Source: Chromera velia (lineage: Eukaryota). Taken from it: a DNA stretch of 48,371 nt. Positions 24,576 through 35,891 of this stretch are shown here, piece by piece. The stretch lies in the NCBI GenBank assembly GCA_018398765.1, contig JAHBMJ010000414.1:1-48371 (forward strand), written 5' to 3'. The notes beneath the pieces are model-generated. The model searched no databases. It was not told where the DNA came from and was given only the letters and a program-made list of their open reading frames with translations. The translations under genes were made by a program, and so were the position numbers. Numbering within the stretch: the stretch's first letter is position 1; each line of letters starts with the position of its first letter.

Positions 24576-26059
24576 AGAAAGAGAGAGAAGAGAGAGAAGG
24601 AGAGAAAGAGAGAGAGAGAGAAACACAGAGACAGACAGACACACAGAAAGACAGAAAAATAACCCCAAATCAACTTGAAGCTGACAGCCCCACACGAGAC
24701 CTGAAAAGACTAGAGAATCACATAGAGTCGGGCGTACGATCTGCGCTATGAAAGGACCATTCTTACATGAATGAGCAGGGAGGTGTACAGATGAGAATCC
24801 TCTGTCACTGTGAGAACTCTTCTCAGTGACGCATTGTCTGGAATATAGATTGTTAACTCTTTGTGCACCCACCCGGAATGTAGATGTAGAATTCATCCTT
24901 GTAGAGTGCCCCTAGAGTTTTGAAGATCAGTTTGGGCTCCTTCTTCTCCTTCGACAATTCCACGAAAGAGGCATCGAGGGATTTGTAGAATGCCTCTATC
25001 TTCTCTGTCTCGAAGGAATTGGACAGGTCTACTTCCTCGAATGTCTTCACGTGAATCACGACGTTGGTCTTCCCTGCCTTCGCCCCAATGTCAATAGAGC
25101 CATTACCGAGCTCAGAGATTGTTCTTGCAGTCTTCATGGAGAAATCAAAGCACTGAGAAGACTTCACGACCGGGTCGTTGTTCTCGTCCCTTATCTCAAA
25201 CGCCCGGTATTGGAGTCCTCTCTTGCTGACTTTGGTCAGAAGGGTGCTGATCTCTGGCAATGCGCTTCCTTCAACGGCACCAATCTGCACCCAGATTGTG
25301 CAGTCTATTCTTTATTCTGCGAATATCAACACTCGGTCTTCCTGCGAATCTTCGTGAGACTACAGATTTGTTGTCTCTCCTCCGAACACATGCAATCCTT
25401 GATCAAAAAAATATGTTAAGAAATGGTGTGACGTCGTGTATGAATAGAATGTATGTCTGTACTGAATGCAAACGCTAACACGACATGTACACCCGTCGAC
25501 AGAAAGAGAGATAGAGAGATACACACATGCATGCATGGCTGCACGCATGCCGACCTTGGTGGTCTTTTCCCAGTAGTCCCAATCGACTCCTCGTTTCAAA
25601 GTGATCTCCGTCTCTGGGTGGAATTCCAGATTTGTCCCCGCCCAGCCGCCAGCATCAAGGCGAACTTTAGGGAAAAGGGTCCCCAGCCAGTCTATTGCCG
25701 CCATCTCCATCGTGAAGCTCGCAGGAGGCTCGGAGGATTCTTTTTCTTCCTCCTCAGGTACCAGAAGGAGACCTCCGTGGAAGACACCCAGTTGTCCTCC
25801 TATGGGCCCAATTTTTTCTTTGAAGATCGCGGACTGTGCAACAAAAAGACGGTAACTGCGGCCAAGCTCCTCAGGAGTGAAGGAATACAACATGGGAAAT
25901 TTTGTGACAACACCATCGCTTTGGAATTGTTCTTCAGAAGCTTCTTTCTGTACTACCAAGTAGTCCAGGCTGTCTGCCGGTGGATCATATGTGGCTGTGC
26001 GAAGAAATTGAGCATGCACTGCCACAAAAGACAGGACGGAGAACAAAAAAGGATTGCAT
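24125..26059 (-). CDS. CLN5: CLN5-like lysosomal hydrolase/transacylase (BMP synthase / S-depalmitoylase family), 3 exons (~26059-25555, 25284-24873, 24222-24125); start codon unresolved
   Basis: Spliced product: AQSAIFKEKIGPIGGQLGVFHGGL...FTME...LGTLFPKVR...GVDWDYW...GLQYRAFEI...SSQCFDFS...IEAFY...EFYIYI...APFLEIEYREVLI-stop. Collinear with human CLN5 as I recall it: [25 protein letters not shown]...YTME...LGNCTFPHLR...GIDDVHW...GIYYETWNV...SYDCSKFV...IKRFY...QFYLFY...FPFIKITYEEIPL. Both introns are GT-AG and phase-compatible. Confidence 0.88.
24537..24660. repeat. (GT)n plus (GA)n/(GACA)n microsatellite in CLN5-like intron 2
   Basis: Direct reading. Confidence 0.95.
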
Positions 26060-26736
26060 CGGGTTGTAGACAAAAAAGAATCGGGTTGTAGACAAAAAAG
26101 AATCACGATTGCAGAAAGAGACACAGTCACAAAGCCTCTATAAAACCTGATTGCTTGTCAAGTGGCTTCCTCTTTTCTCGTCATCAAAAAACAGACTGCA
26201 GCTCCTAGGAAGCTTCACAGAGCATCAAATGATAATAGTGTCTGTGTCTTGGACCAGAAACTGTCATCTGCCTGTCAGACGGCCCTGTCTCCACAAGCAG
26301 TCGAACGTCCTTTCAACATGCAAGCATGAATTGCTGCAATGATCGATGTGCACTGCATGCATGAAAAAAGTTTTTTTTTTTTTAAAAACCTGCACTTGCG
26401 CTCGCACCGCGCGCGCGCGCACTCACGCTGCATGGCACATGCAGAGACGCTTTGTAATTTGAGTCGCCGTCTCCGGCCCTCTGAGTCTAGCCGTCAGAGA
26501 TCGAATCAATGGACATCCTGAGCTTCAACACCTAGCTCTGTCACACCAAAGATCACCAAAGAGCATGCCTGGATGCCACGCAATGACGTGACGTTAGGTT
26601 GGGCTTCGATTTGCTTCTCCAGGGATCTGAGGAAAATCTGTGAGTGCCTCATGACAGTTGTTCAGCTGAAGTAGATACAAGAGACGTGAAATTAAACTCG
26701 TCTCTGTTCTTCCTGTTCCCCTCTTTTTTCTTCGTC

Positions 26737-27510
26737 ATGTCTGCCGAGCTGCCTGCTCCTCTGACTGCTGAGCAGAAGACCTCAGGACAGCGTGTGATAG
26801 TCATTTTAGAAGACGCCCCCCTCGAGGTGGTAAAAGTCAAACACGGCTTTCAGCTTGCCAACTGTGACGACCACAGAGGTCTTCTCCAGAATGCCAAAAG
26901 AGACCCTGCTGAAATGCGCCCCGACATCACACACCAGTGTCTGATGACTCTTCTCGATTCCCCCCTGAACAAAGCAGGCAGACTCGTCATTTACATCCAC
27001 ACAGCCAAGAATGTGGTCATCGAAGTGTCTCCACAGCTTCGTGTCCCGAGGACGTACAAAAGATTCGCAGGGTTGTTTGTAGAACTCCTACAGCGGCATA
27101 AAATCAGAGCGAAGGACGGGTCAGAGATCCTCATGAAGGTCGTCTCTGGTCCTGTGAGCAAATACCTGCCTGTCAACGGTCGGAAGATCGGTTTCTCAGT
27201 CAACGGAAAGTTGGTTCTTCTGAGGGAGCACGTGAAGTCACTCCCTGAGTGTCAACCTCCTAAGCGCCCTCTCCTATTGGAAGAGGGCGACGCCGCAGAC
27301 GACGCTGCAGAACCTCAGAAAAAAAAAAAAAAGGCAAACGAAGCGGAGGGGCCTGTGTCATATGTCGTCGGGGCCGTCTCTCATTCAGACCCTGCACCCA
27401 AATGCGACTATGTTGAGGAGTGCGTCTCGATCTCCAACTACCCTCTGTCGGCCTCTGTGTGCTGCAGCAAGATCTGCAATGAATTCGAAAATTTGTGGGG
27501 GGTGCATTGA
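26737..27510 (+). CDS. EMG1: 18S rRNA pseudouridine N1-methyltransferase EMG1/Nep1 (SPOUT fold), single exon, 257 aa
   Basis: LANCDDH, RPDITHQCLMTLLDSPLNKAGRL, RVPRTYKRFAGL, VVGAVSH, SISNYPLSASVCCSKICNEFENLWG. Confidence 0.97.
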   Translation: MSAELPAPLTAEQKTSGQRVIVILEDAPLEVVKVKHGFQLANCDDHRGLLQNAKRDPAEMRPDITHQCLMTLLDSPLNKAGRLVIYIHTAKNVVIEVSPQLRVPRTYKRFAGLFVELLQRHKIRAKDGSEILMKVVSGPVSKYLPVNGRKIGFSVNGKLVLLREHVKSLPECQPPKRPLLLEEGDAADDAAEPQKKKKKANEAEGPVSYVVGAVSHSDPAPKCDYVEECVSISNYPLSASVCCSKICNEFENLWGVH

Positions 27511-27849
27511 TCAGCCTACACTGCGTGTCTGGGGGTCTGCAGGAGGCAGAACCGGCTGCTATGCTTATTCGGCGGCAAAGTTACGACACGGGGATTTTTG
27601 TTGCTCAGAGAATCTGAAGACGTGCTGTCATGATTTTGATACTTGCACATACGTAAACTGTATGGGATTCTTGATAAGCTCCTTGCAACCCTCCTTACTT
27701 TGTCTGTGCTGTCTTCCGTCCGTCTCTGCAAAATGATCTCTTTGTCCCTAGGGCCCCTCTCAACCTGCCTGTGTGTTGAATGGCACGAAACAGAAGGACA
27801 GACATTGGGTTCCGTCCATCCAGCCGCCCATCATTCTTCCCGTGTCCTG

Positions 27850-27996
27850 CGTGCGTATGTGTTTGTGTTTGTTTGTTTGTGCTCGTGTGCACGTTTCTGT
27901 GTGTGTGCGTGTGCGTGCGTGTGTGTTTGTGTTTGTTTGTTTGTGCTCGTGTGCACGTTTCTATGTGTGTGCGTGCGTGTGCGTGCGTGCGTTGGT

Positions 27997-28066
<70 letters not shown>

Positions 28067-28095
28067 CCTCTCTCTCTCTCTGTGTGTGCGCGTGC

Positions 28096-28132
<37 letters not shown>

Positions 28133-28150
28133 CGGGACGTGTGTGCGCGC
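27850..28150. repeat. Compound (GT)n/(CT)n/(GTTT)n microsatellite with an internal ~40-bp duplication
   Basis: Direct reading. Confidence 0.93.
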
Positions 28151-28477
28151 GTGGGAAAGTGCTCAAGCCGTCCGTTCATTCTTTTTTTTTCTTCCCTCGC
28201 ACCCGCCCCTACAGTGTTTTCTGCGTCCTTCTGTCCCTGTCTAGGTCCCTGTTCCTGTGTGTCTTGAGGTCCGTTCGTTTTTGAGTCTGCTTGTCGTTTT
28301 GTTCTTTCTGACTGACCGCTTTGTTCTTTTGTCTTTGCATCTTTCTCTATTTCTTGTCTGTTGTGACTTTCAGAAGCCACATAGTCTGTCCAGCAGTCTG
28401 TAGAAATAAGAGAGCGAGAGAGAGAGACAGCGAGCGAAAGAAAGAAAGGAAGCAAGCAGGGAAGACAGACAGATCTA

Positions 28478-28718
28478 GGCGGCACACATAAAAAAAAAGA
28501 AAAAAAAATTAGGCCTCCCCAACTTTTTTTTTTCTTCTTTGTTTTTTTTTTAAGGTCAAAAGTCAGGTACACATCCTATGTGGAAAAGTAAGTTTGAGAG
28601 CCGGAAGGGATTTTTTTCCTTTTGAAAGCACTTGAAATAAAATAATAAAAAAAAGAAAAAAAAAAAATTAGGCCTCTGAGCTGCCTCTCCAACTTTTTTT
28701 TTTTCTATGTGCGGCGCC
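28478..28718. mobile_element. MITE (241 bp) with ~20-bp TIRs and TA duplication
   Basis: TA|GGCGGCACACATAAAAAAAA at left versus reverse complement of right end TA|GGCGCCGCACATAGAAAAAA; empty site TCTAGA; internal direct repeat A(n)TTAGGCCTC...CCAACT(n) occurs twice. Confidence 0.72.
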
Positions 28719-29639
28719 TAGAGACAGACAGACAGAGTCTGACAGATAGGCAGGCAGACAGAGCATTTGTCGGCGTTTGTGTTTGTCCTTCCACTCGTTT
28801 CTCTCTCTCTCTCTCTCTCTTTTTCTCTCTCTCTCTCTCTTCCACCCGTATATGAGGGGCGTAGAGGGGCGGATCTAGCCTAGTCAGTCGAAATGTTCTG
28901 GTTTGTCTCGTTAGTTTTGAATAGTTTTGAATCTAGAAGCATTCTGCTCATCGCTAGGCTCATCAATCACTTTTAGCTACTTTTAGCGTGAGTAAATGAG
29001 TGAGTGGGGCTAGCGGGAGCCCCAAATTAAGGTTAAAAAATTGATGCACAGGGGGAAGTAAAAAAAGGGTGCCTGGGGTACTAAAGGTCCGTAGCCTGGG
29101 CCCTAGGAGGGTTGGATTCGGTGGAAACAAGTGGAAAACTTAGTTCAAAACTACTAAAAGCAAGAAAAAAAAATCTTTTTAGAAAATAAGTTTGCATACC
29201 CATTAAAAGAAACAGTTTGAAAGACAGTTTAAAGTATGACCGTGCCACAACATATCAACTCAACATATCATTTGTTTCACGCCTTCTTCAACAAGGCTTG
29301 CCGCAGATATTGATCCACGCGCGTGGGGAGTTCGCGGGCCCGCGGACCCGAACTTCACGCGCGCGGGCCGCGATGGGCCGCGCGTATACAAAAGCCCTCA
29401 TATGCACGTATCTTCAACGAGATGGATCGAAGATGATCGAACAGTCCTGTGCCTCCTCCCTTCTGATAAACAACTAACACGAATTGCCTGTACAGATCTA
29501 TTGAAACAGAAACTGTTCAGCAGGGTAGCTAAACATATCCAGAAGGATTAAAAACCGAAGAAGATGCTCACATAAATTTTGTAGGGGCTTTCCATTTCTG
29601 TTTTTTTGTTTTTCCCTCTGTCTGCCGGTCTCTCTTTCT

Positions 29640-29856
29640 ACCAACTCCTCTGCTATCAATCTCGTTTCCGCAATTCTCGTTTCTTCCGCCTTGTTTATCT
29701 GGATTTGCTCTTCGCCAAACTTTTTTGTACATCTGGCTACACAAGCAACATAACCATGCATCCAACCAACGACCCAAGATGCAACGAATCGACCGTTTGT
29801 CCAACTCTGTGCGTGTAGTCTTCAATCCGAGAAGGTAGATAGATCATGGCGCAGAC
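29640..29856 (-). pseudogene. Decayed C-terminal fragment of a DEAD-box RNA helicase
   Basis: YLPSRIEDYTHRVGQT, then after a 1-nt frameshift GRF, resembles D(L/F)PxxxEDYxHRIGRTGRFG (motif VI). No other helicase motifs nearby. Confidence 0.45.
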
Positions 29857-30458
29857 AGAATTTTTCAAAGCTTTGTGTCTGTCCGCCGACACTAAATTCC
29901 AGAAGGACAGGACACAGCATGGCATACGCGCTTCAGTCCAGTGAGTCTATGATAAAGTAGACTAGCTAGCTCATTATAGCTCATTCATCGACATGCAGTC
30001 CGGCCGCTATAGCTCGGCTATAAGCTCGCTTCGCTCGCATTCGCTCGATAGACCAAAGGCCCCGGAATTACGCGCCTCTATAGCTGCAGGGGGGCTGCAG
30101 TGAGGCATGCCGGGCCACTTTGCTGGAAGCCATGCGTACACAGTTTTTGCATGCCGGCCCATGCAATTTCTGCAACTGAACCGAATGCATATAACATCAT
30201 TTCTGCAAGAAGATACAAGAAGAGCAACACAGCTAGCGCTATCACCTCGGGGGGCAGCTCAGCTTTGCTGAGATCAGCCGAGAGCTAGGCTGAGAGGCTC
30301 TGAGATCATACGCATTCGTATAACGCATTTTTTCATTTTTTGGGGGAGAGGTTCACAAATTTATTTAGGTAAGACCTACAATAAATCTCTTTTAATCTCT
30401 TTATGGTTCACGAGAAATCGCCCTCCAAAGTTTAACCAAAATTGGTAATTTAGCTTTC

Positions 30459-30557
30459 CAAATTACTTTAGTTTACTATTTTAAATTATTAAATTGCTTT
30501 AAATTACTTTAAATTACTCAGCTAAATTACTTTAAATTACTCATCTAAATTACTCAA
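30459..30557. repeat. AT-rich minisatellite of TAAATTACT(TT) units
   Basis: About eight imperfect copies of AAATTACT. Confidence 0.75.
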
Positions 30558-30798
30558 ACTTGTAAGGCATATGCATGCAACTTTTTTCAAGGAACTTATA
30601 AAAAAATTCTTGGCAAACTTTTGATTTAGTACTATAGTGATTACAAATGGATATACAAATGTAAGAAGATGATATCTAGAATAAATCTAGGAATAAATTT
30701 TCGTTCTCTCTAAAAACTGCTGAGGTGACTCAAAACAAATTATCTGCAGCTTCAAAGTCTGTGTATGTCTGTATGGCTTTTCTGATCTGATTAAAACT

Positions 30799-33700
30799 TT
30801 AACACACATAGTACTTCGAGTTATTAAAGTCCGTCTGTATCTCAGCAGCCTTTGCGATCGACGCCTTCCTGATGCTTTTTGGAGCCGCTCCCTTTAGTTT
30901 AATGTTCGACGCCATCGCCTCGTGAATCAGCTTCATAATGCCCCCCATTTTGCGGGATCGCAACTTGAACCGGACCGACTTCCACCGAGCTGCTGCGGAT
31001 ATCTTAATAGAGGGCGCTGGTCTCGTGTCCCCCCCTTCCCCTCCGGACACCCCTGTGAGCTCATCGTCATCGTCCACCGGCTTCTCTTCAACCTGTTCCC
31101 CTGGCAACTGCATCTGCACACTCAGACGCGGAGCAGAGCCGGACCTTCTCGAAAGGTTCGAGGACGAACGGCGGTAAGACGACGCACTTCCTGACGAAGG
31201 GGCTGAAAATCGACCCCCTGCACTCTGCGCCCTGCTCGCTCTTCTGGTTCTCTCTCTCTCCCTCTCCTGCTCTCTCGCGGTGATCATCTCGTCGCACTCT
31301 CTTGCAATTGCATACGCTCGCCTGACAGAGGGGTGCATCGATAGTAGATGCTCGGGCACTGTGCGTGCGTCAATCGACGGTCGGAAGGACGGACGTCTCT
31401 GAGATACTTGAGGGGGGCCCGGCATAGCGGAACGGCTCCGACGCCCCGCCCCAGCGGGAAGGTCTGCAAGGGCCTGGAGGTCAACCTGCAAATTTTCGGG
31501 CTGGCCGCTCCCTGCAAAGAGGGCCCCGGCAGTTGAGGGCCTCCCCCCTCCGCCGTGGCCCTCCAGGGCGTCCCTCCCCCGTCTCCCCCGCAGAGCCACT
31601 TCCGAGAAAGAATTCACTCCCCCGAAGCCCAGGGTCTCGCAGAATCTCCGCGCACTGCAAGGAGGGAAAGGGGAGGCAGGCATGCATTTGAAAAGAGAGG
31701 CAAACAAACGGGAAAAAGGGGGGAAGAGGTCCAGCAAGAAGAGGATAAGGAGAAGGAGGGAACAGAAGCTGACTTGCCTAGAAACAAACAAAAACTTTTC
31801 AAGGGAAAAATGTGCCAGATCTGCGTTTTGTGTCCTATCACATTTGGGCAGTGATATCTGCGTTGCCTCGAAGACTCTCGGAACCTCTTGTGAAGTCTTC
31901 TCCTCTTCTCACACATAAAGTTTCAGCATGTTTTCATGCTGCATCTTTCTAAACTTATGCAGAGAGACCAGCATCGATTACAAACCACCACATACAGTTC
32001 TGCCCCACCTGGATACTCTCCCCTGGAACCCCTGAGTGGGGAAGCTCCACTTGGGGAATCGAATTCCGTCACAGAAATAGGGCACGGGCCTCTTGTCGTA
32101 TTTCCCTCTCATGACGTCGAGATCTTCTTGCTCGTGATAGGTCAGACGGATGGGGGGAGGGGGAGGGGGGGGAGGACGGGGGTCGTCTGGGAGTCCTAGG
32201 AGACGGGTGAATCTGTGACGCTTTGGGAGTGCTGCCACTTTCTGCCGGGCTTCCAGGTCGTCTGCTTCTCTCTGTTCTTTCCCGCCTTTCGCTTTTCCTC
32301 TGCGACTAGGGGGTGGTGGAAATGCCTTTGTGTGCTTTTGATGTTGGTTATTGATGTGTTTTCGCATTTTGTCAATTTTGTACAGTGCCGCATCGAGAGG
32401 TTTTACTTTTTTCTTGAAGCTTGAGAGTGCCCTATGGAAGGATGCATTGAAAGAACTCTGCGTGAGAGTCTTTCTTGGACCCGAAGGGGAAGAGCGGGGG
32501 GTGGGTGTCACGGGCATTGCAGAACCGCCCTCCGAGGATCCACTTGCGGAGCTTCTGCGATCTTCTGGGAGTTCTACGAAGGACGAGATGGTAGTCTCAG
32601 AACTTTCTTCAGATTCACATGGAGGGGGGGAGATGAGAGCGAGGGGGATGGAACAAGCCACTGGGTCTGTCTGGCTGTAGACTTCTACAGGTTCTCCTTG
32701 TTGTTTTATTGCAGCGGCCTGACTGACGACATTGAAGGGAGGGGGTCTCTGTGAGTCTGAGGAAGTCGAGCTTGTGTCTCTTGAGAAGTCTGCCAATTGA
32801 GTGGGAGGGGGAATGTTAGAGTCTTCCCAGTCTTTGCCTGAGGGATTCTCAACAAAAGGGCGGTCAACAGGGAAGGACATCCAGAGAGCCTCTGCGTCCT
32901 CTGCACGTTGCCCCTTCAACTTCTGCACAGACACAGAAAGAAAGAAAGCATGTCATTGACTTGCTTTTGTCGTACGGGGCTATTGCCTTCGTCTACTTTC
33001 CTTTTTGCCTTATTCCTCATGAATGAAAAACAAGAGCCGGGTGGACGGACACACACACAAAAGGGAATTTTTTTTGAAGGCAGAGAGGCATGGAGGGGCG
33101 TGCGGTCTCCATTTTCACTCTTTCGATGCTTTCTGTTGCGGCGAAACCGGTGTAGCTCTTCGAGAGGAACTAATCTAGCCGTCACATGACAAAAATGCTG
33201 TTGGTCTTTGACGCGAAATTTCATGTCAACATAGAGATGAATGCATCCATCCTTTTTGTGTTGTTCCCATCCGACCTCGAGCATTTCGGTGATCTCGAGG
33301 GTCTCCTCCCTGTCTTTGTCTCCTCCCTTTTTCTTCTTTCCGGGACCTGACTGCATTCTCTCAGCCGCTCTGGCAGCAGTGGCAGAGCCTCGGAGAGCAG
33401 TTCGTGCTGTAGTGGCTCCAGAGGAGATCTGGAGATTTGCGCTCGACTTCGTGGGTTCAGGCGGTTGTCGGGCTGTAATGGCTGCAATTGGTATTCGGGA
33501 CATGGGAGAACCCAGCTGTGCGGACATTCTTCTGCATTCTCTCAACAGGGACATCCGACGCGTGGTGGCCTCTTGTTCCCTTTTTGCATCTGCTTCTGCA
33601 TTCTCACGAAACTCTCTCTCAATGTCCAACCGTTCCTGTACTGCCTGTTTGAGCCATGGAGAGGCGTCTGTGCGAGTGATCGTAGTGAGGGAATACGCAG

Positions 33701-35152
33701 GTGTGCCTGCCAGGTTTACACCTGACTGCCGTCTCCTGTCGAGAGCAGTGGCGGGACGGGAGGGGGCGGCAGAGGAGGCAGGACGGCTTCTCCTCGTCGC
33801 TGTGCCTCTGCTCGATGCCCCCCTCCTGTTCCTGTCGGTGGTGTGTTTGAGCGACCGAATAGGAGAACCATCCAGAGAAGAGGGGGAACGGTCATCCGTC
33901 GGATAGGAGGATCCGAATCTGTTACCGAAGGTGGAGAGATCACCGGATCTGCAGAGGAAATAAGGGCTAACTCAATGGGAAATGGCTAGATCGAGAAAGA
34001 TCTGGCAGAAGCCGGTAAAAGTTGAGCAGTGCTTTGGTCACCTTCTGTGGATACACGATCATGACAAGAAGAAACTGCTGGTCCCAAACAAGTCCTCCGC
34101 TTCGATACTCTTCCGTTACATTCCCACATCAACAGGAAGTCGACTTTTGTGGCTTTGGAGACTGAACTCACCGAGCGGTTGGCGACAGAACAGAACGGTC
34201 GTGTCGTGGAGGAGAGAGCTGGAAGGTCACCCCCTTCCTCTCCTTCAGAACCTCGCGCGCCCTGCTTCCACACGCAGTCCAAGGTCTCGTGTGTCCGTCC
34301 TCTGTTGCTCCTGCAGCCCTCTGTCTCTGAGCCTCCTTAACCCAGATCGGTCTGTTGTCTGCCCAGGGAATTCCAAAATCAGGAAAGTCGACGCCCTGTC
34401 TCCTCAGGGTCAGCTGGTTGACTCGCCTCTTGGCTTGGCGACTTCGCATGAGCACGTTCCAACAATTCGGACACAGCTGCGAAGGGAGAAGGAAAAGCTG
34501 GATGCACAGTCTGAACGCATCGATCGGATTTTTTCCTTTCCAGGTTTTCACAATTTGACGCCACTTCAGGGACAGCCAAACGCAGCGCCATCAGACCATC
34601 TGGCAAGAAAGTCAGTTCCGCAGATACAAGAGCTGGTAGGGCCCCAGTCAAAGCCAAATAGACAAGGCAGACGGTTGCAGGCCGGAACATCATGGGAGCG
34701 CACGTCCCCCAAAAAGAATGGAAGAATGAGGGACCGAGGAAGAGAAAGAGGGACATTCAGAGACTAAGTGACTGGAAACCCGCGTAGAAAAACTGGGAAG
34801 CCGAATCCATTTCACTGACCGGCACCTCCTTCAGCATCACTTCCACTGCCCCTGCTGTGCTGCGGGCAGCTCGGCGCCTGCATTCATTTACTCATTCAAC
34901 CATCCGGCACTAGGCTCATTAGACTTCCCGATAATCTGTGTAGTGCATCTGCTGTGCCACTGTATCCGCTTCTCCTTCTATTCAGTAGACAACTGGATGC
35001 ATTCGTGAAGGAGCGCCTGCGTTTCTACAAAAAAGAAATAAATAACGAAAGGCCGGTAGAAAAAAGAAAACAAAAACAAAAGGAAAGGGAAAATGGGTGG
35101 GATAAAAAGAGAAAGAAAAGATAGACGGAGGGAAAACTAGAGAAAGAGGGAG

Positions 35153-35188
<36 letters not shown>

Positions 35189-35272
35189 ATACATACATAC
35201 ATACCATACATACACACACACATACACACATATACGTACACACACACACACACATACACACATATACGCACA

Positions 35273-35332
<60 letters not shown>

Positions 35333-35384
35333 GACAGAGAGAGAGACACACACACACACAGAGACACACACAGAGAGAGACACA

Positions 35385-35416
<32 letters not shown>

Positions 35417-35856
35417 CTTACCTGCAGTCCATCATGACATGCAGCATCGAATGAGGAAACGCCCTTCCGGGTGCTCTCCTCTCCCTTTCTTCGTACTGTT
35501 CTGCCATCCTGCCACTCATCTGCTGTGCCCCCGTCTGTCCTCCATCTCCGTCCTCCTCCCCCTCCCCCTCCTCCAGACTCGAGTCCCTCACAACACTTCC
35601 ATGTGCGAGTCTTCGAAGCGTGCGGATCCTTTGGTCGCAGTCGAAACAGAGACGGGGCGCGGGTTTTGCCTCTCTGTTGTCGCTGCGGAGGTCGACCTGG
35701 ACAGGCAGGACGTAGAACGGTGAGAATCAGTGAATGAAGGAGGGGATGGCCAAAGAAGGTAGGAAAAGTATTCGGTGTGGCACAGGCACAGAGATAAGAA
35801 CTTGGCAATGAAAGTCTGTTCAGAACCCCTGCCACGCAATGCTTACACAGAGACAG

Positions 35857-35891
<35 letters not shown>

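Noticed and set aside
26158..26160. In-frame TGA as selenocysteine or readthrough
   Set aside because: Lies in a non-conserved leader and no SECIS was recognised downstream.
30259..30288. Helitron-like 3' end (short hairpin then CTAG)
   Set aside because: Only a 6-bp stem, CTAG is common in these regions, and the following base is not T.
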